Part shown: positions 9,752-24,219 of the stretch, piece by piece
Position numbering within the stretch: the stretch's first letter is position 1
How the letters are laid out: the number at the start of each line of letters is the position of its first letter
Assembly: GCA_958295725.1 (NCBI GenBank)
Contig: OY282368.1
Coordinates: forward strand, 1,384,001-1,448,000
Reading direction: 5' to 3'
Length of the DNA: 64,000 nt
From: an uncultured Alphaproteobacteria bacterium
GTDB lineage: Bacteria; Pseudomonadota; Alphaproteobacteria; UBA2966
The notes under the pieces: model-generated
Told to the model about the DNA's origin: nothing
What the model saw: the letters and a program-made list of their open reading frames with translations, nothing else
Database searches by the model: none
Position numbers and translations under genes: made by a program

Positions 9752-10228
9752 TTACGCGGCGGCGTCCCCCAACCACCGCGCGAGCGCCTTGCCGGGATGG
9801 GCGATCTCCTCGACCGAGCCGTACCAGTGGGCTTCCCAGCCCACCTCCGGCAGGCCGGCGAACAGCATCAGGTTCAGGGGATAGACCTCGCTGTCGGTGC
9901 AGCGGCGAAAGTCGTCCCGGAACAGGAATACGGGCTTTTCCCAGGCGATCGCCATGCCGAGCTCCACCATCACGCCCTCGTCCGGAGGACAGCCGTTGAC
10001 CACCGCGAACAGTCCGTCGGAGTCGCGCACGTCGCGAAGGTCGGCCTGTCCGATGCGGTAGGCCCAGCCGGAGCCCGTCCGGTCGATCTGGTTGTTGCGG
10101 ACGAACGGCTCCCATACTTCCGCGCCCGCCGCTTCCAGGGCCGACACCAGAGCCGCCAACGGTCCCTCGCGCTGCTGCGCCGAGAATCCGTAGGGGTTCG
10201 CCAGATACAGGGTCTTGCCCAATGTCAC
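9752..10228 (-). CDS. Nucleoside 2-deoxyribosyltransferase family protein
   Basis: KTLYLANPYGF...WEPF...DGLFAVVNGCPPDEGVMVELGMAIAWEKPVFLFRDDFR matches the family layout. GTG start at 10228 chosen to give ~159 aa; the start is uncertain. Confidence 0.6.
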   Translation of the reverse strand: MTLGKTLYLANPYGFSAQQREGPLAALVSALEAAGAEVWEPFVRNNQIDRTGSGWAYRIGQADLRDVRDSDGLFAVVNGCPPDEGVMVELGMAIAWEKPVFLFRDDFRRCTDSEVYPLNLMLFAGLPEVGWEAHWYGSVEEIAHPGKALARWLGDAAA

Positions 10229-10539
10229 GCTCGTGTGCCTGTCTTGCGTACCCGCTCGTCTCGTCCGGCGCTCCGCCGGCGACCGGGCGCGACAGGCTAC
10301 ACTCCAAGTCCGGCGCGTTGCAAAAACCCGGTCGGGAAGGGGGTTCCGCATGGACATGCGACCGCGAGCCGGACGATTGCGCGCCGAATGGGCATCGACC
10401 GTCGACGCGACGTCGCGCGCGGCGGCCGGATGACGGGACTCCCGCCGTTGGACGGGTCCCGCGGACAAGCGGGCGGGAACATGCATCCGCCGCATGACCC
10501 CGCCCGACCGTCGCCGATCGATCCCGCCGGAAGGCCGGG

Positions 10540-11421
10540 ATGAGCCTCGGGCCCCATCTGTTCCTGGCCCTGCTCGAAGGCACGGTGACGGCGCTCGTGC
10601 TGGCGCTCACCGCCCTCGGGCTGTCGCTCGTCTTCGGGGTGATGCGGATCGTCAATATCGCGCACGGCGAGTTCTTCATGCTCGGCGCCGTGCTCGCCTG
10701 GTGGTTCGGTTCGCTGGTGGGCGGCTCGGCCCTCGTGGGTTTCCTCGTCGCGTTGCTCCTGGGACCGCTGGTCGTCGGCGCCATCGCCGTCGCCTCCGAC
10801 TGGCTGATCCTGAGGCGCGTCGACTACGACCCGGAGAGCACCATCGTGGCGACCATCGGGCTGCTCTACATCATTCAGCAGATCGTGCTGACGTTCTACG
10901 GCGGCGACGCGAAGTCCGTCGAGGCTCCCGTCTATTTCCGCGTCTCGTTCCCGTGGTTCGGCTACTCCGGCTACAAGCTGGTCGTGGCGGGGACATCCGC
11001 GCTGCTGCTGATCGGGACGTGGATCGTCATTTCCCGGACCCAGATGGGCCTCTACATGCGGGCCACCCAGCAGGACGAGGAGATGGCCCAGGCCTACGGC
11101 GTTCCCGTGCGCCGCGTGTACGCGCTGGTCTTCGGGTTCGGCGCGGCGTTGGCTGCGGCGGCCGGCGTGCTCGTCGTGCCGATGCAGCAGGCCCACTACC
11201 TGATGGGGCTCGATCCGCTGCTGCTGTCGTTCATCGTCGTGATCATCGGCGGTCTCGGCAATCTGCGAGGGACGCTCGTCGCGGCCTTCGTCATCGGAAT
11301 CACGGACGGCGTGATATCGGTCTTCTTCTCGCCGACGCTGGCCAAGATTCTCGCCACGCTGCTGGTGGCGCTGGTGCTCGTGGTGCGGCCCGGCGGACTG
11401 TTCGGGGAAGAAGAGGCATGA
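10540..11421 (+). CDS. Branched-chain amino acid ABC transporter permease (LivH-like)
   Basis: 293-aa polytopic protein of LivH type (IVNIAHGEFFMLGA...). TGA overlaps the start of the next permease gene. Confidence 0.85.
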   Translation: MSLGPHLFLALLEGTVTALVLALTALGLSLVFGVMRIVNIAHGEFFMLGAVLAWWFGSLVGGSALVGFLVALLLGPLVVGAIAVASDWLILRRVDYDPESTIVATIGLLYIIQQIVLTFYGGDAKSVEAPVYFRVSFPWFGYSGYKLVVAGTSALLLIGTWIVISRTQMGLYMRATQQDEEMAQAYGVPVRRVYALVFGFGAALAAAAGVLVVPMQQAHYLMGLDPLLLSFIVVIIGGLGNLRGTLVAAFVIGITDGVISVFFSPTLAKILATLLVALVLVVRPGGLFGEEEA

Positions 11422-12358
11422 ACCGCCGGATCTTCGCCAGGGTTCTCGCCCTCCACCTCGGCGTCGTCGCGCTGCTGCTGGTGGCGCAGTTCTTCCTGTC
11501 GCCGTACCACCACACGAATCTGGCGCGGATCATGATCTTCGCCACGTTCGCGTCGGGCTACAACATCCTGCTGGGATACACGGGCCTGCTGAGTCTCGGA
11601 CACGCCATGTTCTTCGCCGCCGGCGTCTACGGCGCGGGGTTGCCCGTGTTCTATCTCGGGTTCGGTGCGCCCGAGGCCTTCGCGACCGGCGTCGCCTCGA
11701 GCTTCGCGCTCGCCATCGTGTTCGGACTGATCGTCATCCGAACGGGCGGCGTCTCGTTCCTGATCGTCACCTTGATGTTCGCGCAGGCGGCGTTCCTCGC
11801 CACCCTCTATTTCAACGAGATCACGCTCGGAGATCAGGGCATCGTGATATCGCAGACGTTGCCGCCCCTCGAAGTGGGGGGCGCCGTGCTCGAATTTTCC
11901 GACCCGGACGTGAAGTACAACGCCGCGTTGCTGTTGTTCGCCGTCGCCTTCCTCGTCTGCATGGCGATCGTGTATTCGCCGATCGGCCGCGTGTTCGTCG
12001 CCATCCGGGAGAACGAGGCGCGCACCCGTATGCTCGGTTACAACACCTACAAGTACAAGCTGGCGTCGCTGACGATCTCGGCCACGATCTCGGGCGCCTC
12101 GGGCGCGATGTACGCGCTGCTGTTCTCGTATATCGGGTCCACCTTCGCGTCCATCGAATACTCGATATTCCCGTTGCTGTGGACCCTGGTCGGCGGCATG
12201 GGCACCTTGCTCGGTCCTCTCCTCGGGACCGGGCTCATGTTCTATCTCGTCGATATCGCCAGCGGACTGACCGAGAGCCACCTGATCGTCGTGGGTATCG
12301 CGCTGGTCGCCCTGGTGCTCTATTTCCCCAAGGGACTCATGGGCACGATCCGTGAGAA

Positions 12359-12380
<22 letters not shown>
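11418..12380 (+). CDS. Branched-chain amino acid ABC transporter permease (LivM-like)
   Basis: ATGA overlap with the upstream permease. GYNILLGYTGLLSLGHAMFFAAG motif region typical of LivM. Confidence 0.85.
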
Positions 12381-13109
<729 letters not shown>

Positions 13110-13123
<14 letters not shown>

Positions 13124-13811
13124 CAACGTCGACTGCTACTACGGCGCCGTCCGGGTCCTGAAGGGCGTGTCCCTCGGCGTCGGCGCGGGCGAGATCGTCG
13201 GTTTGCTGGGTCGGAACGGTGCCGGCAAGACCACCGTGCTGCGCACCGTCATGGGGCAGATCAAGCCGCGCGCGGGCCGCATCGAGATGGATGGAAACGA
13301 GCTGACCGCCCTCGCGCCGCACGACGTCGCCAGGCTCGGCATCGCCTACGTCCCCCAGGGGCGGAGGCTGTTCGCCGGGCTCAGCGTCGAGGAGAACCTG
13401 CGGATGGGCCTGCTGGTCCGGGGGAGCGGGGGGGACACCCTCGACCGGGTGCTCGGCCTGTTCCCCGTCCTGACGGAGCGTATGCGCCAGCGCGCCGGAA
13501 CGCTGAGCGGCGGCGAGCAGCAGATGCTGGCGACCGCCCGCGCCCTGTGCCTCGATCCGCGGCTCCTCCTGCTCGACGAACCGAGCGAAGGGCTGATGCC
13601 GACGGTCGTGGCGACGTTGCTGGACACCGTCGCCGGTCTGAAGGACCGCGGCGTCGGCGTCCTGCTCGTCGAGCAGAAGGTGGAGGCCGCCTTGCAGATC
13701 GCCGATCGCATCGTCTTCATCGAGAACGGGGCGGTCGCGGGCGAGGCAACGCCGGAAGAGCTCGACGAGGATCCGCAGCCGCTTCACCGGTACGTCGGCA
13801 TCCGTCGTTAG
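13110..13811 (+). CDS. ABC transporter ATP-binding protein (LivF-like)
   Basis: Walker A GRNGAGKTT, signature LSGGEQQMLA, Walker B LLLLDEPSEGL. Confidence 0.85.
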
Positions 13812-13874
13812 AACCCGGCCCGAAACCCTCGCGGTTTCCATCCTGTCCGCCGTGTACCCCCTCCCGGCCTTCCC

Positions 13875-14651
13875 CTGAGGCTCAATTTCCTCACCGGGAA
13901 GCACGGAGAGACGCCCGCCAACCAGACCATGTCCTTCCTGCGCTCGGTCTACCGCAGACCCTGCGTCGATCACGACGGCTTGCGCAATCCCGTCGAGCAA
14001 TGGCTGGCCGGCGGCGGGCGCTACCATCGCAAGAAGCGCCGCAGGATATCGGCGCCGGCCGAGGTGCTGCCGCGCTGGCGCGCCGGCATCAAGGCGGAAG
14101 TGCGCAACCCGGTGCACCGCGACCTGCTGATGTTCGGGCTCTACACCGGGATGCGCCGGGGCGAGATCATGCCGCTGCGCTGGGAGCGGGTGAACATGGA
14201 GGCGGGTCTCTTCAGGGTCGAGGAAACCAAGACCGGGGAGCCGCTGGAGTTGCCGGTCACGCGGCAACTCGCCGCGGTCCTCGCGCGGCGCCGGGCGCAT
14301 GGCGAGGCGATGCCGGCGAACCTGCGCGCCTGGGTGTTTCCGTCGCCTTCGAGCGCGTCGGGCCACGTCGAGGAGCTTCAATCCCTCTACGCCCGCATCG
14401 AGCGGGCGGGCGGCGCGAGGTTCTGGTTCCATGCCTTGCGCAACTGCTTCATCACGGTGGCTGAGCGGGAGTTGATGCTGCCGCGCTCTCTGACCAAGCG
14501 GCTGGTCAACCATGCCCGGCCCGGCGACGTAACCGAGGGCTACGCCGCGGACTGGACGGTGGGGCAGCTCCGCGAGCCGGCGCAGAGGATCGCGGACCGG
14601 ATCGACATGCTGATGAACGCGGACACTCCCGCCGATCAAGCCGCGGCGTGA
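13875..14651 (+). pseudogene. Tyrosine recombinase (phage-type integrase), 5'-truncated: catalytic domain present, N-terminal arm/core-binding region missing
   Basis: Catalytic-domain motifs LYTGMRRGEI (Arg), FHALRNCF (H-x-x-R) and TEGY (Tyr). Homology (LNFLTGKHGETPANQT) runs upstream of the first ATG and ends at the livF-like stop. Confidence 0.7.
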
Positions 14652-15027
14652 AGGGACCGCGCCCACGCATTCCCAAGCGCCTCTCGGGTCTGCCCGGCGG
14701 CATCGGCTCACTGTGGGCCGCGTCGTCGCCACGCGATTCAGGCACGGCCGCTCCATTCGCTCGTGGCCGCCCCCACGACGGCAAGCTTGTCCCGTGCCTG
14801 ATCCGCGTGTAAGGGTAATGGTCCTTCCAATTGCCGGCCTACCTCCATGCGCTGGTGCAGAACGCGGATGACGAAAAGGCCGCCGCCAGCTAGGTTTGCC
14901 ACACTCAAGCGATCTGGAAGCCACAGGGCGGTAATCAGAACGACATCGGCTACGCTTCGGATGAATTCCAAAATCACATCTCCGAGAATCCCCTTTACGG
15001 TGAGACGCTCTCGGAAAAGGCCGATGC

Positions 15028-18686
<3,659 letters not shown>

Positions 18687-19261
18687 GGTCACGCAAGGCG
18701 ACAACAAATGACTCAGACATTCCACTGTGTACCGAGTACACACAAAAAACCTAGAGAACTGTCTAAGAACGCGATTTTCAATTCCAGGTAGAATGATTCC
18801 CGTAGGCGACGACGGGAAACGCGGCCGCCGGGACGGCGGCTGGAAAATACTGTCGACCGGGAAAGATCCGGCGACCCGCCCGGATGTCGGCACAAGGTCG
18901 CTGCAAACCCTGCGCGAACATGGCGGCCGACGCATTCGCCCAACGACGAGGGCGGATTTCCGGCCAGCGTCACAGGAAAACGTTGCCGCGTCAACGTTCG
19001 TCCGCGGCATCGCTCTCTATCAAACGCCCGGCGGCCAACACGGGTCCGATCACAAGTCACGGAGCACTTCCGATCACCCACTGGCACGGCCGAGCACGGA
19101 AGCTACCTGCGTCGAAAGCGCTCGTTTCTCAACCTGCCCGGAGAAACCGTGCCTCGGAGCGAGTGAGGCAGCTGCGCCATAAGCGACTGCTATGGAAGAG
19201 AGGACCGACAGACCGGTTTCGGTTGCCGCCCCGTTATACGGTTTTTGGTTCTCAGAATCAC
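18687..19261. other. 575-bp non-coding spacer, mostly GC-rich and hairpin-rich, between the convergent methyltransferase and orphan genes
   Basis: All overlapping ORFs are Arg/Pro-rich with no recognisable family. Multiple short GC hairpins (GCCGCC-GGGAC-GGCGGC, CGTTG-CCGCGT-CAACG, GTTTCTC-N10-GAGAAAC, GCCTC-N9-GAGGC). From ~18790, GC is clearly higher than in the flanking genes. Confidence 0.5.
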
Positions 19262-20128
19262 TCAAGGTCCATGATATCGGTTGCGGATCGACGGCGGAGG
19301 AGAAGCCGGAAGCAGAGAATTTTCGGAGCCCTCCCAGAGGGGCCGGAACCACAGCGGCGAATCCTGGGGTTTTTCCGGGTCCCGCATCCGGCTTAAAAGC
19401 ACGATCTTACTCCACAGCTCGTGGCCTTCGGCTTCCCGAACATGCTTCAGGAGAGCCGCCTCGCAGCCTTGGGACAGTATATCCAGTGCGTACGTCACTT
19501 CGTCATCAAGGACGAGCCACCAATGATCGTGCTTTTTCGCCCGTTCGCTTTTGCCCACGTTATCGGCCTTTTCGCGTACAACAGAGGCGACTCTCCGGCC
19601 CACCTCGTCACCTTCGATGATTTGTCCTGAGTCCGTGCCCCACCACGCGAAGGTCGGTTTTTTCTTTGCTATCCCCAACACTATCAATGTGATTCCGCGC
19701 CCACCAATTTCATCTTGTGGACTGATTTGAAATTCTTGATATCTCCCCTCATGCATTCTTGCCGACAAAACAGCCGCTCTCACCTTCCCTTTGAGGCGCT
19801 CGAAACAAGCCTTCTTTGGGAGCGGATCCCGTTCATCATATTCACAAATCCAGTGGAATCCTGGAACTATCTTCTCTTCGGATTCGATCTTTCGGAGGAG
19901 TGCTTCGAGCTTCTTTTCGAATGCCGTCTCTTTCCTCCTGCCCCAACCACTTTCGTTAGGGAGTAAGCACACTTCGACGGCAATTTTCTTTCCTCGATAT
20001 TCACCTATAAAATCCGGTGGGCCGATCCCATGTCCTCGACCTACGAAACGTATTTCTGTCATTCCGATCTGCTTCAACCATATCATTGCAGGGATTTCGC
20101 TATCTTTGGGAGCGTCTTGCCGGTTCAT
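19262..20128 (-). CDS. Hypothetical protein with N-terminal PD-(D/E)xK-like motif (putative nuclease fold)
   Basis: 288-aa ORF with low-GC codon usage over most of its length. The GPPDFIGEYRGKKIAVEVCLL segment resembles the IDF...LALEV motif of the helicase N-terminus. The 3' ~100 nt are GC-rich, so the tail may be non-native. Confidence 0.55.
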   Translation of the reverse strand: MNRQDAPKDSEIPAMIWLKQIGMTEIRFVGRGHGIGPPDFIGEYRGKKIAVEVCLLPNESGWGRRKETAFEKKLEALLRKIESEEKIVPGFHWICEYDERDPLPKKACFERLKGKVRAAVLSARMHEGRYQEFQISPQDEIGGRGITLIVLGIAKKKPTFAWWGTDSGQIIEGDEVGRRVASVVREKADNVGKSERAKKHDHWWLVLDDEVTYALDILSQGCEAALLKHVREAEGHELWSKIVLLSRMRDPEKPQDSPLWFRPLWEGSENSLLPASPPPSIRNRYHGP

Positions 20129-20230
20129 TTTCTTTGGCTCAATTAGCGTTATGTATGCTTGAGCTGCCCATCGCGGCGGCGAGGCAGGCTCGCGGGGAGA
20201 CCTCGCTGCCCAATCGCGAGGAGAACGATC

Positions 20231-20761
20231 ATGACTTTCTTTCCTTCACTCCCCGGGGATGCGGGCCTCGCGGAAATACAGTCGCCTTACGCCGACATCT
20301 GGCGTATCTGGGGAGAGTTCAGCCAGACGCTGATGCGCGGCCCGGGTCCGCTGTCGGTCGCCGACCGGGAGCTGGTCGCCGCCTACGTTTCCGGCCTGAA
20401 CGAATGCGAATACTGCTACAGGGACCACGCCATGGCCGCCGAGGCGTTCGGCATCGACCCGGACGTGTTCGCGAACCTCCTGGACGATGTCGATGCTTCC
20501 GCGGTCGACGAGAAGATGAAGCCGCTCCTGCGGTTCGTCCGCAAGCTCACCCTGACGCCGTCAAGGATGGTCCAGGCGGACGCCGACGCGGTCTACGACG
20601 CCGGTTGGGAGGAGGGAGCGCTGCATTTCGCGATCGCCGTCTGCGGCCGCTACAACTTCATCAACCGCCTCGTCCTGGGTCACGGCGTCGAGTACACGGA
20701 AGCGCACACCGAGACATGGAAGAACGAGCAGGGCATGGCGTACCGGATCCTGCCGGAGTGA
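20231..20761 (+). CDS. Carboxymuconolactone decarboxylase (AhpD-like) family protein
   Basis: LSVADRELVAAYVSGLNECEYCYRDH (C-x-x-C-x-x-x-H) motif. GGAGAA RBS before ATG 20231. Confidence 0.75.
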   Translation: MTFFPSLPGDAGLAEIQSPYADIWRIWGEFSQTLMRGPGPLSVADRELVAAYVSGLNECEYCYRDHAMAAEAFGIDPDVFANLLDDVDASAVDEKMKPLLRFVRKLTLTPSRMVQADADAVYDAGWEEGALHFAIAVCGRYNFINRLVLGHGVEYTEAHTETWKNEQGMAYRILPE

Positions 20762-20872
20762 GCATCGCCGCGTATCGGGCGAACGCGAGGAGATCCCGGA
20801 GGAGCGCCTCGTTCGCGGGAGGGGAGACGCCGCGAGGCGCCCTCTCCCCTCTCCACGCCGGACTCGGTCTCG

Positions 20873-21943
20873 CTAGAGGCCCGATCCCTTCTTGCGTTCG
20901 TGATCCGTGAGCCGGGTGATCCGCGCACATTCCTTCAGGCGGTTGTACATGGGCGCCAGTTCGGCATCGCCGCCCATGATCTCGTCGCTGATCGGAGCCG
21001 TGCGCTTCATGAACTCGTCGCGGTCCGCCGTGGACAGGCGGATCACCTCGCCGCCCTTGCTGCGCCACAGGTTCGCGGCCCGGCGGTCGTAGCGGATGAC
21101 CACGTCCTCCATGTAACGCTCGAGCTCGGCGCCGACGTCCATCACGGCCTTTTGCAGATCGGCCGGCAGGGAGTCGAAGAACTTCTTGCTCATCATCGCC
21201 ATGTCGGGGATGTGGGTGTCCTCGACCAGGGTGACGTACTTGGTGACGTCGAAGAACTTCAGCGCCGCGAGCACGACGATGGTGCTGCGGATGCCGTCGA
21301 GTTGACCGCGCTGCAACGCCGGGATGACGTTGGCCATATCCATGGGGATTCCGGTGCCGCCGAACTCGCTGATGACGGCGCGCTCGACATCGGTGGCCAG
21401 CACGCGGATCTTCCTGCCCTTGAAGTCGGCGAGCGTGCGGATGGGCTCGAGCGACGCGTAGGCCGTCGGCCCGTAATCGAAGATGGCCACGCCGATCATG
21501 CCCTTGTCTTCGGTCATCCGCATGAAGTGGTCGCGGAAATGCGGACAGCTCAGGGCCCGGGAGATATGGGCGATATCGTCGAACAGCCCGGGCACGTCGG
21601 TCACCTGATAGCGCGGGTCGACGCCCTTGAAGAAACCGGGCGGCAACATGCTGATCTCGATGGTGCCGACCTGGACACCGTCCACCATTTCGGCCACGCC
21701 CCCGAGCTGGTGGCCGGGGAAGAGCTGGACGTCGATCCGTCCGTCGGTCACTTCCTCGAGGCGCTGCTCGTACTTCCGTCCGAATTCGTGATGGATCTCG
21801 TCGGTCGGGAAAATGGCGACCTTGATCACGAACTCGGCCGCCGCCGCCGCTTGCTGGGAGCCGACAATCAAAAACGCCGCGAACGCCGCACCCAACAGGG
21901 CGACCGGCAAATCAGGGACCAATCTCGAAAATGTCCTGGACAT
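20873..21943 (-). CDS. TRAP transporter substrate-binding protein (DctP family)
   Basis: 356-aa protein with signal peptide and DctP-like body. Divergent from the TRAP permease genes. Confidence 0.8.
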   Translation of the reverse strand: MSRTFSRLVPDLPVALLGAAFAAFLIVGSQQAAAAAEFVIKVAIFPTDEIHHEFGRKYEQRLEEVTDGRIDVQLFPGHQLGGVAEMVDGVQVGTIEISMLPPGFFKGVDPRYQVTDVPGLFDDIAHISRALSCPHFRDHFMRMTEDKGMIGVAIFDYGPTAYASLEPIRTLADFKGRKIRVLATDVERAVISEFGGTGIPMDMANVIPALQRGQLDGIRSTIVVLAALKFFDVTKYVTLVEDTHIPDMAMMSKKFFDSLPADLQKAVMDVGAELERYMEDVVIRYDRRAANLWRSKGGEVIRLSTADRDEFMKRTAPISDEIMGGDAELAPMYNRLKECARITRLTDHERKKGSGL

Positions 21944-22137
21944 CTGAAGCCTCCCTTCGTCCCGTTATCGTAATGTGGTTAGCGAGTTGAGCTTAGATAG
22001 CCGTGTCGGTACTGTCAAAGTGCGCAAGGGCCCTTTGAGTCTTGTTTTCCTTGGGTTTCGCAATCCGGAGAAGCGGTCGGCGCGCCGCCGCCGGTACGCC
22101 CGGAACGGGGTCGTCGCGAGGAGGAGCTGCCGTCGTC

Positions 22138-22713
22138 ATGAGCGTGGAGTCCGGTTCCCCTGACGAGGCCCGCCGACGGCGGCTCGAGCGAATCGCCTTC
22201 GCGACCCCCCGTTTCATCTGCGGCGTCCTCGTGCTGGCGGTCGTCGCGATCTCGGGCGCCAACGTCGTCGCGCGCTACGTCTTCCTCTCGCCTTTCTTCT
22301 GGGCCGAAGAAGCGCTGACCTACGTGATGATCTGCTTCATCTACATCGCGGCGATTCTGGTGACCTGGGACGGCCGGCACCTGCGCATGGACATCCTGTC
22401 GCAATACCTGCCGAGACCGTGGAAGGAAATCGTGAACTTCGTTTCCACGGTCCTGTTCATCGTCGTCTGCGCGTTCGTGGTCGTGCAGTCGTTCAAGGTG
22501 ACGATGGTGCAGATCGAGTTCGGAAAACGGAGCGTCGCGGCCGAAATTCCCATGATGATTCCGCACTCGATGGTGCTTATCGGCTTTTTCTTCATGCTCG
22601 TGGCGGCCGTGGTCCGGTTCCGCGCCAACGTCACCGGAGAGCTCGGCGACGAACGCGACGACATCGAGCGGTCAGGCGACGAAGGCCGGCGCCTCGGGGA
22701 TGGCGGTGTCTAG
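22138..22713 (+). CDS. TRAP transporter small permease (DctQ family)
   Basis: Four hydrophobic helices. Lies directly upstream of the large permease gene. ATG 22138 chosen after a GAGGAG. Confidence 0.75.
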   Translation: MSVESGSPDEARRRRLERIAFATPRFICGVLVLAVVAISGANVVARYVFLSPFFWAEEALTYVMICFIYIAAILVTWDGRHLRMDILSQYLPRPWKEIVNFVSTVLFIVVCAFVVVQSFKVTMVQIEFGKRSVAAEIPMMIPHSMVLIGFFFMLVAAVVRFRANVTGELGDERDDIERSGDEGRRLGDGGV

Positions 22714-22755
22714 GATGTCCGGTCGCGACGGCCACGCCCGGACCCGGGGAGCGCC

Positions 22756-24033
22756 ATGGCCTGGGTGATGATCCTTCTGCCCCTCGGTCTGCTGGTCCTG
22801 GGGTTCCCGGTATTCCTCATACTGATCACGACGTCCGCCGTCGTGCTCCTGCTCTTCATGAACGTGCCGCTGGAGATCGCGCACCTGAAGATGTTCGGCG
22901 GCGTGGACAAGCTGTCGTTCCTGGCCGCGCCCTTCTTCATTTTCGCGGGCGAGCTGATGAGCCGGGGCGGGCTGTCCAACCGGATCGTCGATTGGGTGCG
23001 GTCGATCGCCGGAGGCGTGCGGGGCAGCCTGCCCATCACCGCGGTCGGATCGTGCGCCTTCTTCGGCGCCATGTCGGGGTCCGGCGCGGCGACGACCGCC
23101 GCCGTCGGCCAGGTTCTTTATCGGCCGCTGCTGCGCGACGGGTATAACGAGAGCTTCTCCGCCGGCGTGCTGGCGTCCTCGGGCGCCATCGCGGTGATCA
23201 TCCCGCCGTCCATCGCCATGATCATCTACGGCGGCTCGGCCGAGGTGTCGGTGGTCAAGCTGTTCATCGCCGGGTTCGTTCCCGGCATTCTGCTGGCCGC
23301 GCTGATGGCGGGCTACATCTATCTTCACGCCCGCCTGAGCGGCATGGGGCGGACGCAGAACTTCCGGTTCCGCGAGGTCGTCCGCGCGTCGCGCGCCGGC
23401 GTCCTCGCCCTGATGACGCCCGTCATCATCCTTGGCGGCATCTACACGGGGATATTCGATCCCACCGAGGCGGGGGCCGTGGCCAGCATCTACGCGATCC
23501 TCGTGACCATGTACGCCTACAGGGAGCTCGACTGGCGCGGCCTCTGGGAAGCGGCGGTCCGGACCGCCTACGTGTGCGCCCAGATCTTCATCATCATCGC
23601 CGCCGCCGGACTCTACTCCTGGCTGCTGACCATCAGCGGCGTCCCCCAGTCGATCGTCGGTTTCATCGACGACGTCGGCGCCACGCCGTGGATGGTGCTG
23701 CTGGTGATCAACCTGCTGCTGCTGGTCGTCGGCTGCCTGCTCGATCCCACGTCGGCGATCATCATCCTCACGCCGCTCCTGCTGCCGATCGTGAACGCCG
23801 CCGGCATCGACCTCGTCCACTTCGGCATCATCATGGTGATGAACATCGAGATCGGCATGTTCACGCCGCCGTTCGGGCTCAACATCTTCGTCGTGCAGTC
23901 GGTGCTGCGAGCGCCGCTCGCCGCGATCTACCGGGGCGTGGCGCCGTTCATCGTCATCAACATCATCGCCCTCGGGATCATCACCTACGTGCCCGAGGTT
24001 TCGCTGTTCCTGCCCCGCGTGCTGGGACCGTAG
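22756..24033 (+). CDS. TRAP transporter large permease (DctM family)
   Basis: 425-aa polytopic protein with DctM-type sequence (FFIFAGELMSRGGLS...). Confidence 0.85.
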   Translation: MAWVMILLPLGLLVLGFPVFLILITTSAVVLLLFMNVPLEIAHLKMFGGVDKLSFLAAPFFIFAGELMSRGGLSNRIVDWVRSIAGGVRGSLPITAVGSCAFFGAMSGSGAATTAAVGQVLYRPLLRDGYNESFSAGVLASSGAIAVIIPPSIAMIIYGGSAEVSVVKLFIAGFVPGILLAALMAGYIYLHARLSGMGRTQNFRFREVVRASRAGVLALMTPVIILGGIYTGIFDPTEAGAVASIYAILVTMYAYRELDWRGLWEAAVRTAYVCAQIFIIIAAAGLYSWLLTISGVPQSIVGFIDDVGATPWMVLLVINLLLLVVGCLLDPTSAIIILTPLLLPIVNAAGIDLVHFGIIMVMNIEIGMFTPPFGLNIFVVQSVLRAPLAAIYRGVAPFIVINIIALGIITYVPEVSLFLPRVLGP

Positions 24034-24078
24034 GGCCGATTCCGGTCGGAAGCTCGACAACCGCCAACGTTCCGCTCC

Positions 24079-24109
24079 GGAATCCCCCGCCGCGTGTGCG
24101 GGGGAACCC
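24079..24109 (-). repeat. Degenerate copy of the type I-E-like CRISPR repeat
   Basis: Minus strand reads GGGTTCCCCCGCACACGCGGCGGGGGATTCC. This equals the 24959-25045 repeat core with a 3-nt insertion and a divergent end. Confidence 0.5.
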
Positions 24110-24219
24110 GCCATCCCGTCCTGTTCCTCGCATGAACTTCCCGATGTCCGATGCGCCATCTCCTTCCTCCGGCAGAGGAAGTTTGCGAATCCCTCCTGAC
24201 AGGGGGAAGGGAGGGGGTT

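Noticed and set aside
14738-14977. 79-aa minus-strand ORF between the integrase fragment and the helicase gene (possible small regulator)
   Set aside because: GTG start without a convincing RBS, no HTH or other motif, and it lies in a composition transition zone. Not supportable as a gene from sequence alone.
18687-19261. tmRNA (integrases often target ssrA), RNase P RNA or a group II intron fragment in the GC-rich spacer
   Set aside because: I could not find a T-arm/acceptor (GGTTCGA...CCA) or an Ala-Ala-stop tag reading frame. The RNase P landmarks (GGAAAGTCCGG is only approximated by GGGAAAGATCCGG; no ACAGAACCCGGCTTA) and a domain V-like hairpin were also absent. It is left as an unassigned structured region.
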